A DNA stretch of 63,298 nucleotides from Actinomycetota bacterium (GTDB taxonomy: Bacteria > Actinomycetota > UBA4738 > HRBIN12), in NCBI GenBank assembly GCA_040005555.1, contig JBDTYT010000002.1:1-63298 (forward strand). The letters are read 5' to 3'. The number at the start of each line of letters is the position of its first letter. Positions within the stretch are counted from its first letter, which is position 1. Both the position numbers and the translations under genes were made by a program. This document shows, piece by piece, positions 45,008 to 54,199 of this stretch. The notes under the pieces are model-generated. The model had not been told where the DNA came from. It did no database searches and saw nothing but the letters and a program-made list of their open reading frames with translations.

Positions 45008-45838
45008 ATGACCACCCTGTTCGAGCGGGCCGCGGCGCGCCTGCGCGAGCGTCGGGTCGATGGAGGGTTCGGCCCTTCCCCGGGCCTGGCTCCGGAGCCC
45101 GAACCGACGGCGATCGCCGCCATCGCCCTCGACGACAGGGATGCCATGGCATGGCTCTCCGACCATCAACGCGCCGACGGAGGGTTCGAGATCCTCGCGG
45201 GACCCGCGGTGACGAACGACGCGGCCACCGCGACGGCCGCGGTGGCGCTCGGGCCGGGGGCGGCGCGTGAGCGGGCACTCGACCACGTCATCAAGTATCG
45301 CGCGCGACTGACCCCGACGAACCCGGAGGCGCCGCACGATCCCGACACCCGAGGGTGGGGCTGGACGGCGGATACGTTCGGATGGGTGGAACCCACATCG
45401 CGAGCGGTGCTCGCGTTGCAGCTGCTGCGCCCGTCGGCCGCGGCCGAGATCCGCGACGGCCTGTCGGTCCTGGCCGATCGCGAGTGCCCGGGCGGCGGAT
45501 GGAACTACGGCAACTCGATCGTGTACGAGACGCCGCTCCCGCCGTACGCACAGACGACCGCCTGGGCGCTGATCGGTCTGCAGGGGGCGCTCGCCGAACC
45601 GTACGGGCGAGGGATGACGACGCTCGCGAGGCTCTGGTCGGCCGAGCGCGGGGGACTCAGCTTGGCGATGACGCTCGCCGCGTTCCGGCTCGGCGGACGC
45701 CCCGAGGTGCCCGACGTGGAGCGGGCGCTGTCCGATGAGCTCCGGCGGACGGATCTGCTCGGCGACGTGGTGGCGCTCGCGTGGACGGCGATCGCCGCCG
45801 GGCCCGGCCTCGAGCGCCTGCGGAGCGTCGCGACGTGA
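45008..45838 (+). CDS. Prenyltransferase/squalene-oxidase-repeat (alpha/alpha-toroid) protein, no signal peptide
   Basis: Repeats: VDGGFGPSPG, RADGGFEILAG, TRGWGWTADTFGWVEPTSRAVLAL, CPGGGWNYGN...YAQTTAWALIGL. Confidence 0.65.
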   Translation: MTTLFERAAARLRERRVDGGFGPSPGLAPEPEPTAIAAIALDDRDAMAWLSDHQRADGGFEILAGPAVTNDAATATAAVALGPGAARERALDHVIKYRARLTPTNPEAPHDPDTRGWGWTADTFGWVEPTSRAVLALQLLRPSAAAEIRDGLSVLADRECPGGGWNYGNSIVYETPLPPYAQTTAWALIGLQGALAEPYGRGMTTLARLWSAERGGLSLAMTLAAFRLGGRPEVPDVERALSDELRRTDLLGDVVALAWTAIAAGPGLERLRSVAT

Positions 45839-46899
45839 GCGAGCCGATCGACCGACGCACCTTCCTCACGCGAGCCGCGGCGGTGGGCGCCGGGGCGACC
45901 GCTCTCGGACTCGGCGCCGGGACCCTGATCCCGCGTCTGGCCGAGCGTCTGCGACATCCGTGGGACGCGGACGCGTTCCCTCCGCCCGGCTCGCCGCGCG
46001 TCGCCGTCCTGCGGGCGAGCTCGTACGACGGCGACCTGGAAGGCGTGGTCCTGGACGGGCTCCGGGCGGTCGGCATCGAGGTGGATGGAGCCTCGGTCCT
46101 GCTGAAGCCCAACCTCGTCGAATACGACCCGGGAACCGTGGTCAACACCGACCCCCGGCTCGTGGCGGCGAGCGTGCTCGCGATGCGCCGCCTGGGCGCC
46201 GCGTCGGTCACGGTGGCCGAGAGCCCCGGCCATCGGCGCGACACACAGTTCGTCGTGACGAGCTCCGGACTGCTCGACGCGCTCACGGCGGTGGAAGCGC
46301 CGTTCGTCGACCTCAACACCTCGCCCCTCGCGCGCGTAGCGCTCGACACGTCGTTCACCGACCTCGGCGAGCTGTGGCTGCCGCGGCCGGTCGTCGAAGC
46401 CGACGTGGTCGTCTCGATGCCGAAGATGAAGACCCACCACTGGGCGGGCGCAACGCTCTCGCTCAAGAACTGCTTCGGATGTGTGCCCGGGCGAGTCTAC
46501 GGCTGGCCGAAGAACGTCCTGCATTGGGCGGGCCTCGAGCAATCGATCGTGGACGTGGCCGCCGCCGTCCGACCGGATGTTCAGATCGTGGACGGGATCG
46601 TCGGGATGCAGGGCAACGGTCCGATCCAGGGCACGCCGATCTCCGCAGGTGTCCTCGTCTTCGGCACGGATCCCGTGGCGACGGACGCGACGGCGGCGCG
46701 GCTCATGGATCTGGACCCCGGTCGCATCTGGTACCTGTCGCAGGCCGCTCGGTTCCTCGGGCAGGGCGACCTCGAGCTGATCCGGCAGGTGGGCGAAGAC
46801 CCCGAGCGCGACGCGGTGGACTTCGCGGTGCTGCCGCCGTTCGAGGGGCTCAAGGTGGGCTCGGACTCGGGAGGGAGCGTGGATGCCGGGCAGGCGTGA
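45835..46899 (+). CDS. DUF362 domain protein with twin-arginine (TAT) signal
   Basis: GTG 45835 overlaps the upstream TGA. TAT signal: IDRRTFLTRAAAVGAGATALGLGAG. DUF362 core: VLLKPNLVEY...MPKMKTHHWAGATLSLKNCFGCVPG...IVDGIVGMQGNGPIQG. Confidence 0.75.
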   Translation: MSEPIDRRTFLTRAAAVGAGATALGLGAGTLIPRLAERLRHPWDADAFPPPGSPRVAVLRASSYDGDLEGVVLDGLRAVGIEVDGASVLLKPNLVEYDPGTVVNTDPRLVAASVLAMRRLGAASVTVAESPGHRRDTQFVVTSSGLLDALTAVEAPFVDLNTSPLARVALDTSFTDLGELWLPRPVVEADVVVSMPKMKTHHWAGATLSLKNCFGCVPGRVYGWPKNVLHWAGLEQSIVDVAAAVRPDVQIVDGIVGMQGNGPIQGTPISAGVLVFGTDPVATDATAARLMDLDPGRIWYLSQAARFLGQGDLELIRQVGEDPERDAVDFAVLPPFEGLKVGSDSGGSVDAGQA

Positions 46900-47317
46900 G
46901 CGCGCGGCGTTGGTCGTGGCCGCAGCGCTCGCGCTGGCGGCGTGCGGGGGGGACGGCGGCCCGGATCAGGTGACCACGCCCCCCGCCTTCCCCTCGGGCT
47001 CGCTCGGGGTGGTGACGTCCGATGCCGCGGTCGCGACCGTCCAAGGGCTGTGCGACGTCCGGGACGCTCCCGATGCGCCCGCGGCGAACGCGACCTTCTA
47101 CGATCGCACCCACCAGGAGCTGCACGTCATCGCCGCCGCCACCGAAGAACAAGATCGGGCCAAGGCGGCCTCGCTGCTGGAGGCCATGCAGCGGGTGGAG
47201 GCGGAGCTCGAACGGCCCCTCCTACCTGCGGGGTTCTCGGCGGATGTGGAGAGCCTCGTGGGAGCCACCCGAGAGGCCCTCGCGTCGATCGGGCTCGATG
47301 CCCCGGGGTGTACCTGA
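46883..47317 (+). CDS. Hypothetical lipoprotein
   Basis: Lipobox LALAAC. GC3 is high. It overlaps the DUF362 gene by 17 nt. I recognised no domain. Confidence 0.55.
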   Translation: MPGRRERAALVVAAALALAACGGDGGPDQVTTPPAFPSGSLGVVTSDAAVATVQGLCDVRDAPDAPAANATFYDRTHQELHVIAAATEEQDRAKAASLLEAMQRVEAELERPLLPAGFSADVESLVGATREALASIGLDAPGCT

Positions 47318-47343
47318 CGCAACCGGCTCCGACACGCCAAGAT

Positions 47344-48312
47344 GTGGCCGTGCGCTCTCGTTCCCGATCATGGGCCTTCGTCGTCCTCGCCCTGGTGGCG
47401 ACCGCCTGCACTTCAGGTGGATCGCCGGACGCCACCACGCCCCCGCCCTCGCAACAGGCCTCGGCGGAGATGGCCTCCACCGACCTCTACGTGGGCGCGC
47501 CCCAGCGGGTGGGCGTCGGAGTGTTCTTCGCGAACAACGATCTGCTGAGCTTCGGCACCGCGCACTTCGCGTTCGCCTTCACCGGCACGGCAGCGGCGCC
47601 GACCAAGCCGAAACCCGGGCCGGTGGCCACCGCCACCTACGTGCCAACCCCGGGAACGTCCGCCGGCACGGGCCAAGGCCCGGCCGTCACGTCGCCGTCG
47701 CAGGCGCGCGGGGTCTACATTGCCGAGAACGTCATCTTCGACCGAGCCGGGTTCTGGACCGTGACCATCACCGCCGACGTCGAGGGGCGGGGGCCGCTCT
47801 CGACCGTGGCGACGTTCCCCGTCGCAGAGCAGCCCGCATTGCCGGCACCCGGCCAGCCGGCGTTACCGACGAAGAACCTCACGATCTACTCGAAAGGGGT
47901 GCCGAAGGCCGCGATCGACTCTCAGTACGCGAACGACGGCGTAATCCCGGATCCCGAGCTGCACCAGACCACGATCGCGCAGGCGCTCAAACGACACGAG
48001 CCCGCGCTCGTCGTCTTCTCGACCCCGGTGTACTGCGTCAGCCGCTTCTGCGGGCCCGTGACCGACGTCATCGATGCTCTGTCGAAACGGTACAGCGACC
48101 GAGCGGTCTTCATCCACATCGAGATCTGGCGCGATTTCCAGCAACAGGTCATCAACCAGGCCGCCGCCGACTGGCTGTACCGGAACGGCGACCTCACCGA
48201 GCCGTGGGTGTACCTCATCGGCGCCGACGGCAGGATCCTCGACCGATGGTCATCGTTGTGGCCGCGCGACGAGGTGGCGGCCGAGCTCGAGCAGCTCCCG
48301 CCGCTGAAATAG
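47344..48312 (+). CDS. Lipoprotein with Ig-like N-terminal part and thioredoxin-fold-like C-terminal part (CxxxxC)
   Basis: GTG 47344. Lipobox LVATAC. Sequences: ...GFWTVTITADVEG... and ALVVFSTPVYCVSRFCGPV...VFIHIEIW...PWVYLIGADGRI. The fold assignment is by eye only. Confidence 0.55.
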   Translation: MAVRSRSRSWAFVVLALVATACTSGGSPDATTPPPSQQASAEMASTDLYVGAPQRVGVGVFFANNDLLSFGTAHFAFAFTGTAAAPTKPKPGPVATATYVPTPGTSAGTGQGPAVTSPSQARGVYIAENVIFDRAGFWTVTITADVEGRGPLSTVATFPVAEQPALPAPGQPALPTKNLTIYSKGVPKAAIDSQYANDGVIPDPELHQTTIAQALKRHEPALVVFSTPVYCVSRFCGPVTDVIDALSKRYSDRAVFIHIEIWRDFQQQVINQAAADWLYRNGDLTEPWVYLIGADGRILDRWSSLWPRDEVAAELEQLPPLK

Positions 48313-48344
48313 CGCTTCCGCCGTTCGACGTCCCACCCCGTACC

Positions 48345-49256
48345 ATGGGCGGCATGCAGGAAGATCGTGCGTCGCAACCCGCGCCGACCGTCGAGTATTG
48401 CTACCGGCATCCCACCGTCGCGACGGGCGTCCACTGCACCCGCTGCGAGCGTCCCATCTGCCCCGACTGCATGATCCCGGCTCCCGTCGGCTTCCAGTGC
48501 CCCGAGTGCGTCGCCGAGGCCCGGCGCGAGTTCCGCAAGGGCCCCGGGAACGCAGTGCGGCGCGGCAACGTCACCGGAGCACGCGTTCTGCTCGTCGCTC
48601 TGCTCGCGGGCTTCGTGGTCGAGATCGCGGTGGGCGGCCCCGACGCCATCTTCAACGGCCCGAGCCCGCAGAAGCTCGTCGATCTCGGCGCGCTCGTGCC
48701 GGTGCTCGTTGCGGGTTTGAATCAGTTCTGGCGGTTGTTCACGGCCACCTTCCTGCACGCCGGGATCCTGCACATCGGATTCAACGCGTACGCGCTCTAC
48801 CTGTTCGGCACGATCGTCGAGCGCGACTACGGGACCGCGAAGTTCCTCGCGATCTACTTCATCTCGGGATTCCTAGCGAGCGCGGCATCGTACGCGTTCG
48901 GACCCGCGCTCGCCGTCGCTGTGGGTGCCTCGGGCGCGATCTTCGGGGTCTTCGGCGCGTTCATCGCGTGGAACTACCGGCGCCGACACCTAGCGATGGC
49001 GGCCCAGAACCTGCGGTGGGCGATGACGATGATCGCCTTGAACGCGTTGCTCGCCTTCGGCTTCCCGACGATCGACTGGCGGGCGCACGTGGGCGGGCTC
49101 GTCGCGGGCGTCGCGGGCGGCTACGTCGCCGAGGGCTGGGGCGCCCGGGCCACTCGAGGTCTGATCGCCGTGGTCGGCTTCGCGGCGTTGATCGTCCTCG
49201 GCGCGATCATCGTGCTGTGGCGGACCGAGCAGCTGCGAACCTCGCTCGGCCTGTGA
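48345..49256 (+). CDS. Rhomboid family intramembrane serine protease with N-terminal double zinc-ribbon
   Basis: CYRHPTVATGVHCTRCERPICPDCMIPAPVGFQCPEC. Rhomboid motifs: WRLFTATFLHAGILHIGFN, GASGAIFG (Ser), AHVGG (His). Confidence 0.88.
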   Translation: MGGMQEDRASQPAPTVEYCYRHPTVATGVHCTRCERPICPDCMIPAPVGFQCPECVAEARREFRKGPGNAVRRGNVTGARVLLVALLAGFVVEIAVGGPDAIFNGPSPQKLVDLGALVPVLVAGLNQFWRLFTATFLHAGILHIGFNAYALYLFGTIVERDYGTAKFLAIYFISGFLASAASYAFGPALAVAVGASGAIFGVFGAFIAWNYRRRHLAMAAQNLRWAMTMIALNALLAFGFPTIDWRAHVGGLVAGVAGGYVAEGWGARATRGLIAVVGFAALIVLGAIIVLWRTEQLRTSLGL

Positions 49257-49323
49257 GCGCCGTCAGGCGTGTGAGCCGCTGAGCGAAGCGAAGCGCGCCA
49301 ACCTAGCGCGCGTTCCGAGCGCC

Positions 49324-49776
49324 TCAGCCGGGTTGGAACGCCGGGAGCCCGTCACCGGGCTCCGAGATGTCCACCGGATCCGCGGCCGTGAGCTCGGCCA
49401 GGTGGTGGGAGACGCGGTTGAAGGCGTCCCGGTCCCACGCCCCCACCGACTCGAGCACCGTGGCACCTGCTCCCACGAGGAACAACGTCGGGACCGACAC
49501 GATGCCGTAGGCGTCGGAGGACGCATACGGCGGCTGGTCCGGCACCGACCGCAGGCCGAGCCCGTACGTTTGCGCGAACCGCTCGAGCGCCTCGGGTGGG
49601 TCCTGACCGATGCCGATCACACGGCCCGGGTAGGCGCCCTCGAAGGTGCCCACCTTCGGCGCAGCCATCTGGCACGTGGGACACGTCACCTTGTAGAAGA
49701 AGAGGCCGACCGGACCGTCACCGAACCGCACGCCGGGAACCTCCGGGGCGATCGCGCCGACCTGCAGCGGGCTCAT
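49324..49776 (-). CDS. Thioredoxin-fold redoxin (TlpA/peroxiredoxin-like), CPTC active site
   Basis: VGAIAPEV...GLFFYKVTCPTCQMAAP...YGIVSVPTLFLV. Confidence 0.75.
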   Translation of the reverse strand: MSPLQVGAIAPEVPGVRFGDGPVGLFFYKVTCPTCQMAAPKVGTFEGAYPGRVIGIGQDPPEALERFAQTYGLGLRSVPDQPPYASSDAYGIVSVPTLFLVGAGATVLESVGAWDRDAFNRVSHHLAELTAADPVDISEPGDGLPAFQPG

Positions 49777-49807
49777 CGGACAAGCGTACGACGACCGCCG
49801 CCCGGCG

Positions 49808-51379
49808 CTAGGACCTCGCCTTCCCGATGCCGTAGAAACCGCCGGCCCGCGTCCCGATCCAGATCATGCCGTGCCAGACCGAAGGGGTGGACTCGATGCA
49901 GCCCCCGATCGGCAGCGCCCAGAGCTCCGGCGGCTCGCGGTGGGGATTCCCCGAGATGTCGTACGCGTGGAGTGTTCCGGCACAGTCGCCCTCGAGCAGT
50001 ACGCCGTCGACCGGCACGGGCGAGGACCAGGTCGGCCCGGGCAGATGGATCCGCCACCACATCGTTCCCGAGCGCCGGTCAACGCCGAGCAGGTCGCCGG
50101 AGTTCGTGGCGATGTACACCATCGTGCCGGAGAGCGCCGGCGTGGCCCACACGCCGCCCAGGCCGTCGCCCCCCTTCTCCGGGATCGGGACACCCCACAC
50201 CAACGGGTCGGTGGGCTCGGACGGGTCGAGCTTCATGAGCTGGCCCACCTGGGCCGAGCGGGCGTCGAAGCGCTGGAGCTCGCTGCCGACGTAGAGATAT
50301 CCCTCCTGGTCGATCACCACCGACGCGTCGGTGTCGTCGCCGGTCCAGAAACGGAACACTCGTCTCGCCCGCGTCCCGCCGTCCAAGATGTCGGAGATGT
50401 CCCACCCCTGCACCAAGCCTCCCGAGTTCGCGAAGTACGCAACGCCGTCTCGGAACGCGACCGAGTCCTCGATCGAGACGTCACCGTCGGGGAGGTCGGC
50501 CATCAGCCGGTCGTCGAACCCGGGCGTCGTGAACACGATCTTCGGATCCACCGTGACCTTGCCGTTCGCGTTGTAGCCACGGTGGAGGCGGATCACGTAG
50601 AACCATGAGTTCTCGCCGCCCTCCAGCAGGTAGTCACCGATCACGAGCGGCGCACCGTCCCAGTCGTTGTTCCACACGGGGCTCGGCACGCTCGTGTCGG
50701 CGTTCACCGACCACAGCACCGTCGGCGCCGCGCGATCGAGCGCAATCACCCGCAGGAGGTTGTCGCGAGACCCTCCGTAGTACAGGGGATATCCGTCGGG
50801 ATCCGAGGTCGCCGAGCCCTTCGCCAGGTCGCCCGTCACGAGGTCCGGTCGTACCGGCTCCCCCGTCATACCGTCGAGGAAGTGGTAGTGCCCGTCGTAG
50901 GCGCCGATCCGGATCTCGATCGACCGGTCCCGGCCGACGATGACGTTGGGCTGACCGGTCCATCCGGTCCCGCACCAAAGCTTCGTCTCAGGTCCCACCG
51001 AGGACGAGCTGCACATACCGCCCGAGAGGGGATAGCGCCACAGGATCTTCGGGTTCCTCGGCACCGGTCCCTCGCCGTAGTAGCTGCGCGAAGCGTTGCC
51101 CCGAAACGTCGTGATGCCCGCGAACGTCGCGTTGATCGGTCGGGGCGTCGGCGCCGCGGACGGGCTCGGGGTGACCGACGGTGAAGCCGAGGGCGACGCG
51201 CTCGACGAGACCCGGGGCGAAGGATGAGCGGTCGGGCTCGGCTCCGCGCGGACGCCGCGTTCGGCGTTCCACCGCCACAGGACGGCGCCGGCTGCGACGA
51301 GCGAGATCGCCACGACCACCACGCCGAACGGGACGCGCGAACGGGATGCGTGCCGGGCGCCGCGCTGCGGCTTGGCCAT
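49808..51379 (-). CDS. Membrane-anchored PQQ-like (BamB-type) beta-propeller repeat protein
   Basis: N-terminal TM FGVVVVAISLVAAGAVLW, then a Ser/Pro linker. W/G-rich propeller blades: ILWRYPL, TVLWSVN, PLVWGVP, MWWRIHL, ELWALPI. Confidence 0.7.
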   Translation of the reverse strand: MAKPQRGARHASRSRVPFGVVVVAISLVAAGAVLWRWNAERGVRAEPSPTAHPSPRVSSSASPSASPSVTPSPSAAPTPRPINATFAGITTFRGNASRSYYGEGPVPRNPKILWRYPLSGGMCSSSSVGPETKLWCGTGWTGQPNVIVGRDRSIEIRIGAYDGHYHFLDGMTGEPVRPDLVTGDLAKGSATSDPDGYPLYYGGSRDNLLRVIALDRAAPTVLWSVNADTSVPSPVWNNDWDGAPLVIGDYLLEGGENSWFYVIRLHRGYNANGKVTVDPKIVFTTPGFDDRLMADLPDGDVSIEDSVAFRDGVAYFANSGGLVQGWDISDILDGGTRARRVFRFWTGDDTDASVVIDQEGYLYVGSELQRFDARSAQVGQLMKLDPSEPTDPLVWGVPIPEKGGDGLGGVWATPALSGTMVYIATNSGDLLGVDRRSGTMWWRIHLPGPTWSSPVPVDGVLLEGDCAGTLHAYDISGNPHREPPELWALPIGGCIESTPSVWHGMIWIGTRAGGFYGIGKARS

Positions 51380-51428
51380 CGCGAGGATGCTAGCGCAGGG
51401 TCCCGTGCAGGAGCGGGACTCGATCGGA

Positions 51429-52250
51429 CTAGATCGGACCCTTCGAGCCCGGGTACGAGCCGAGCACCTTCAACATCGAGGTGTGCAAACGGACCTCCTC
51501 GAACGCGGCCAGCACGTCGGGGTCATCGGCCGCGCGTTCGACGTCGACGTAGAAGACGTACTCGAAGGGGGCGCCGCGTCGAGGCCGGGACTCGAGCTTC
51601 ACCATGTTGATGTCGCGCGCCGCGAACGGCTGGAGCGACGCGAGCAGCGACCCGGGCGTGTCGGCGACCGCCATGACGAGCGACGTCTTGTTCGCGGGTC
51701 CCATGTCCGCGTCCTTCGTCCCCACGACCGCGAACTTCGTGAAGTTGTCCGGGTAGGTCTGGATCCGCTCCGCGAGCACCGCGAGACCCAACCGCCCGGC
51801 CGCCTCGACGCTGGCGATGGCGGCCTCGTCGGTCCGAGCGGCCTCCGCCACCAGCCGAGCCGCCCCGGCGGTGTCGTGCACCGGCATCGGCTCGATATGG
51901 TGCACGGCCAGGAAGTCCTCGCTCTGCGCCAGCGCCTGCCAGTGCGAGTACGCGCGCTTGATGCCCTCCAGCCGGGCTCCGGGCGGCGCGAGGAGCGCGT
52001 GGTCGACCCGCAGGACGACCTCGCCGACGATCCGTACGAGGTTGCTGTCGCCGAGCAGCTCGTACGTCTCGTTCACCGACCCGGCCTGGGAGTTCTCGAC
52101 CGGTACGACCCCGAAATCGGCCTCGGCGCTCGTGATCCGCGAGAACACCAAGCGGACGGTGTCGCACGGCATCGGCTCGGCGCCGGGGAACGCCGCGCGC
52201 ACGGCGGACTCGCTGAACGCGCCCGGCTCTCCCTGATAGGCGACCTGCAT
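51429..52250 (-). CDS. pheA: Prephenate dehydratase
   Basis: VAYQGEPGAFSE...GVVPVENSQAGSV...TKFAV... and an ACT domain with ESRP and FYVD motifs. Confidence 0.92.
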   Translation of the reverse strand: MQVAYQGEPGAFSESAVRAAFPGAEPMPCDTVRLVFSRITSAEADFGVVPVENSQAGSVNETYELLGDSNLVRIVGEVVLRVDHALLAPPGARLEGIKRAYSHWQALAQSEDFLAVHHIEPMPVHDTAGAARLVAEAARTDEAAIASVEAAGRLGLAVLAERIQTYPDNFTKFAVVGTKDADMGPANKTSLVMAVADTPGSLLASLQPFAARDINMVKLESRPRRGAPFEYVFYVDVERAADDPDVLAAFEEVRLHTSMLKVLGSYPGSKGPI

Positions 52251-52272
52251 GACCGGGAAGGGTAACAGGGCC

Positions 52273-53211
52273 CTATTTCGCGAAGAACTGCTGGTAGATC
52301 TTGATGGCGCCTGGACCGAGAACGATCACGAACAGCGCCGGGAGCACCAGGAAGATCATCGGGAACAACAGCTTCACCGGGATCCGCTGGGCGAGCTCCT
52401 CGGCGCGCTGGCGGCGCTTCTGACGGAGCTCCTTGGATTGCGCCCGCAGCACGTTCGCGATGCTCACACCGAATAGATCGGCCTGGATCATCGACAGCGT
52501 GAAGCTCTGGAGCTCGGGAACGTTCGTGCGGTCGCCGAGATGCCGGAAGGCCTCGGCTCGGCTCACACCGATCTGGACCTCCTGGAGCAGCCGTCCGATC
52601 TCCTCGGCCAGCGGTCCCGGGACGTTCTTCGTGACCTGGGAGAGCGCGGCGTCGAACCCGAGACCGGCCTCGACGCTGATCGTCAACAGGTCCATGACAT
52701 CCGGGAGCTGCTTCTGGATCGCCCGCTGACGCTTCGTGGCCATCGCCGCGACCTGCGCGCCGGGGACCACGTAGCCGATGAGCGTGAAGAGCACGACGAA
52801 CAGCACCTTCAGCAACGGGGCGATGGGCAGGAGCGCGGCGAGCAGGATGCCCCCGACCAGCCCGACGACACCGCCCACGATCTTCAAGGCCACGACGCGC
52901 TCGGGGTCCCAACCGACCGGGCTCCCGGCGAGGACCAGCTTCTCGTTGATGCGGGCGCTGAGATCGAACGGCGTCAGCCGCACGAGACCCTTGCCGACGC
53001 GCTTGGCCGTCGGCAGCACGATCCGGTCCAAGGCCGATCCCGAGAGCTCCTCCTCGCGGAGGTCGACGGAGTCGGTGACCTGGCCGAGCGAGGTCTCCAA
53101 GAGCGTGACGGTTCGATTCCGCTCGCGCATGAACATGTCGAGCAAGACGCCGACCATGAAGATGGCCAGGAACGCCCCGACGAGCGTGAGTGCGAGCCAC
53201 AGGCTAGACAT
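52273..53211 (-). CDS. tadC: Tad pilus platform protein TadC (T2SS F family)
   Basis: QLPDVMDLLTISVEAGLGFDAALSQV... with C-terminal TM helices. Confidence 0.85.
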   Translation of the reverse strand: MSSLWLALTLVGAFLAIFMVGVLLDMFMRERNRTVTLLETSLGQVTDSVDLREEELSGSALDRIVLPTAKRVGKGLVRLTPFDLSARINEKLVLAGSPVGWDPERVVALKIVGGVVGLVGGILLAALLPIAPLLKVLFVVLFTLIGYVVPGAQVAAMATKRQRAIQKQLPDVMDLLTISVEAGLGFDAALSQVTKNVPGPLAEEIGRLLQEVQIGVSRAEAFRHLGDRTNVPELQSFTLSMIQADLFGVSIANVLRAQSKELRQKRRQRAEELAQRIPVKLLFPMIFLVLPALFVIVLGPGAIKIYQQFFAK

Positions 53212-54199
53212 CGATCTTCACCATCCTCGACATCACGAAGATGCCCGCTCCCATCATGCTGCCCGCCGCGACCAGCAAGATGATGCCGGTCGTCGTGGTG
53301 AACAGCGGCGTGATGTACTCCGGATTCACGATCGCGAGGTAGAGCAAGATCAGGAACGGCAGCGCCGACAAGATGGCGACCGACAGCCGGCCCTCGGCCG
53401 AGAGCACCTGCACCTGACGGCGGATGTACCCCCGCTCGCGGACGGTGTTGGCGACGATGTCCAGGACCTCGGCCAGGTTCCCGCCGACGTTGCGCTGCAC
53501 GTTGATGGCGATGACCGCCCACTTCAGGTCGTCGCTGCCGACCCGCACCGCCATCGCCGTGAGCGCGTCGTCGATCGGCCGGCCCAGACGGATCTCGGCC
53601 ACGACGCGCTGGAACTCGCTCGCCGAGGGCTCGCCGATCTCCTTCGACACCGTGTCGAGCGCCTGCAGGAAGCTGTACCCGGCGCGCAGGGAGCTGGCGA
53701 GGATCGACAGCGTGTCCGCGAGCTGATCGAGCAAGGCCTGCTGGCGCTTCCGGTGGTTGCGCAGCATCCAGACATACGGGATGAGCGCGGCGATCCCGGC
53801 CACCAACAAGACGAAGACGATGTTTTGGAGCAGCAGGGCCCCGAAGACGGCGCCGAGCAACGCGCACACGACGATGAGCGCGACGAACTCGCCGGCGAGG
53901 ACCGGCATACCGGCCTGCTCGAGCCGCTCGTCGAGACCAGCGTTGAAGCCCGTCGCCTCGGCGAACCGGGTACCGGCGTCGACGAAGCTGCCGGGCAGCC
54001 ACTGGCTCTGAACGGCTTCGCTCGCCGGCGTCCCCTCGCCCCGCCCGCCGATGCGGGTCGCGAGCTCCCGCTCACGCCTGCCCCTCGCCCGAGCGCCGAG
54101 GAGCATCGTCGCCACCAGATAGACCGCGCTGAACGCAACGGCGAGGATCAGGAACCGGCCTGCCGCCCCGCCCCAGAAAGATCCCACGACGGCCCTCAC
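53204..54199 (-). CDS. tadB: Tad pilus platform protein TadB (T2SS F family)
   Basis: GTG 54199 overlaps the tadA TGA. Sequence: QLADTLSILASSLRAGYSFLQALDTVSKEI.... Confidence 0.85.
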   Translation of the reverse strand: MRAVVGSFWGGAAGRFLILAVAFSAVYLVATMLLGARARGRRERELATRIGGRGEGTPASEAVQSQWLPGSFVDAGTRFAEATGFNAGLDERLEQAGMPVLAGEFVALIVVCALLGAVFGALLLQNIVFVLLVAGIAALIPYVWMLRNHRKRQQALLDQLADTLSILASSLRAGYSFLQALDTVSKEIGEPSASEFQRVVAEIRLGRPIDDALTAMAVRVGSDDLKWAVIAINVQRNVGGNLAEVLDIVANTVRERGYIRRQVQVLSAEGRLSVAILSALPFLILLYLAIVNPEYITPLFTTTTGIILLVAAGSMMGAGIFVMSRMVKIDV

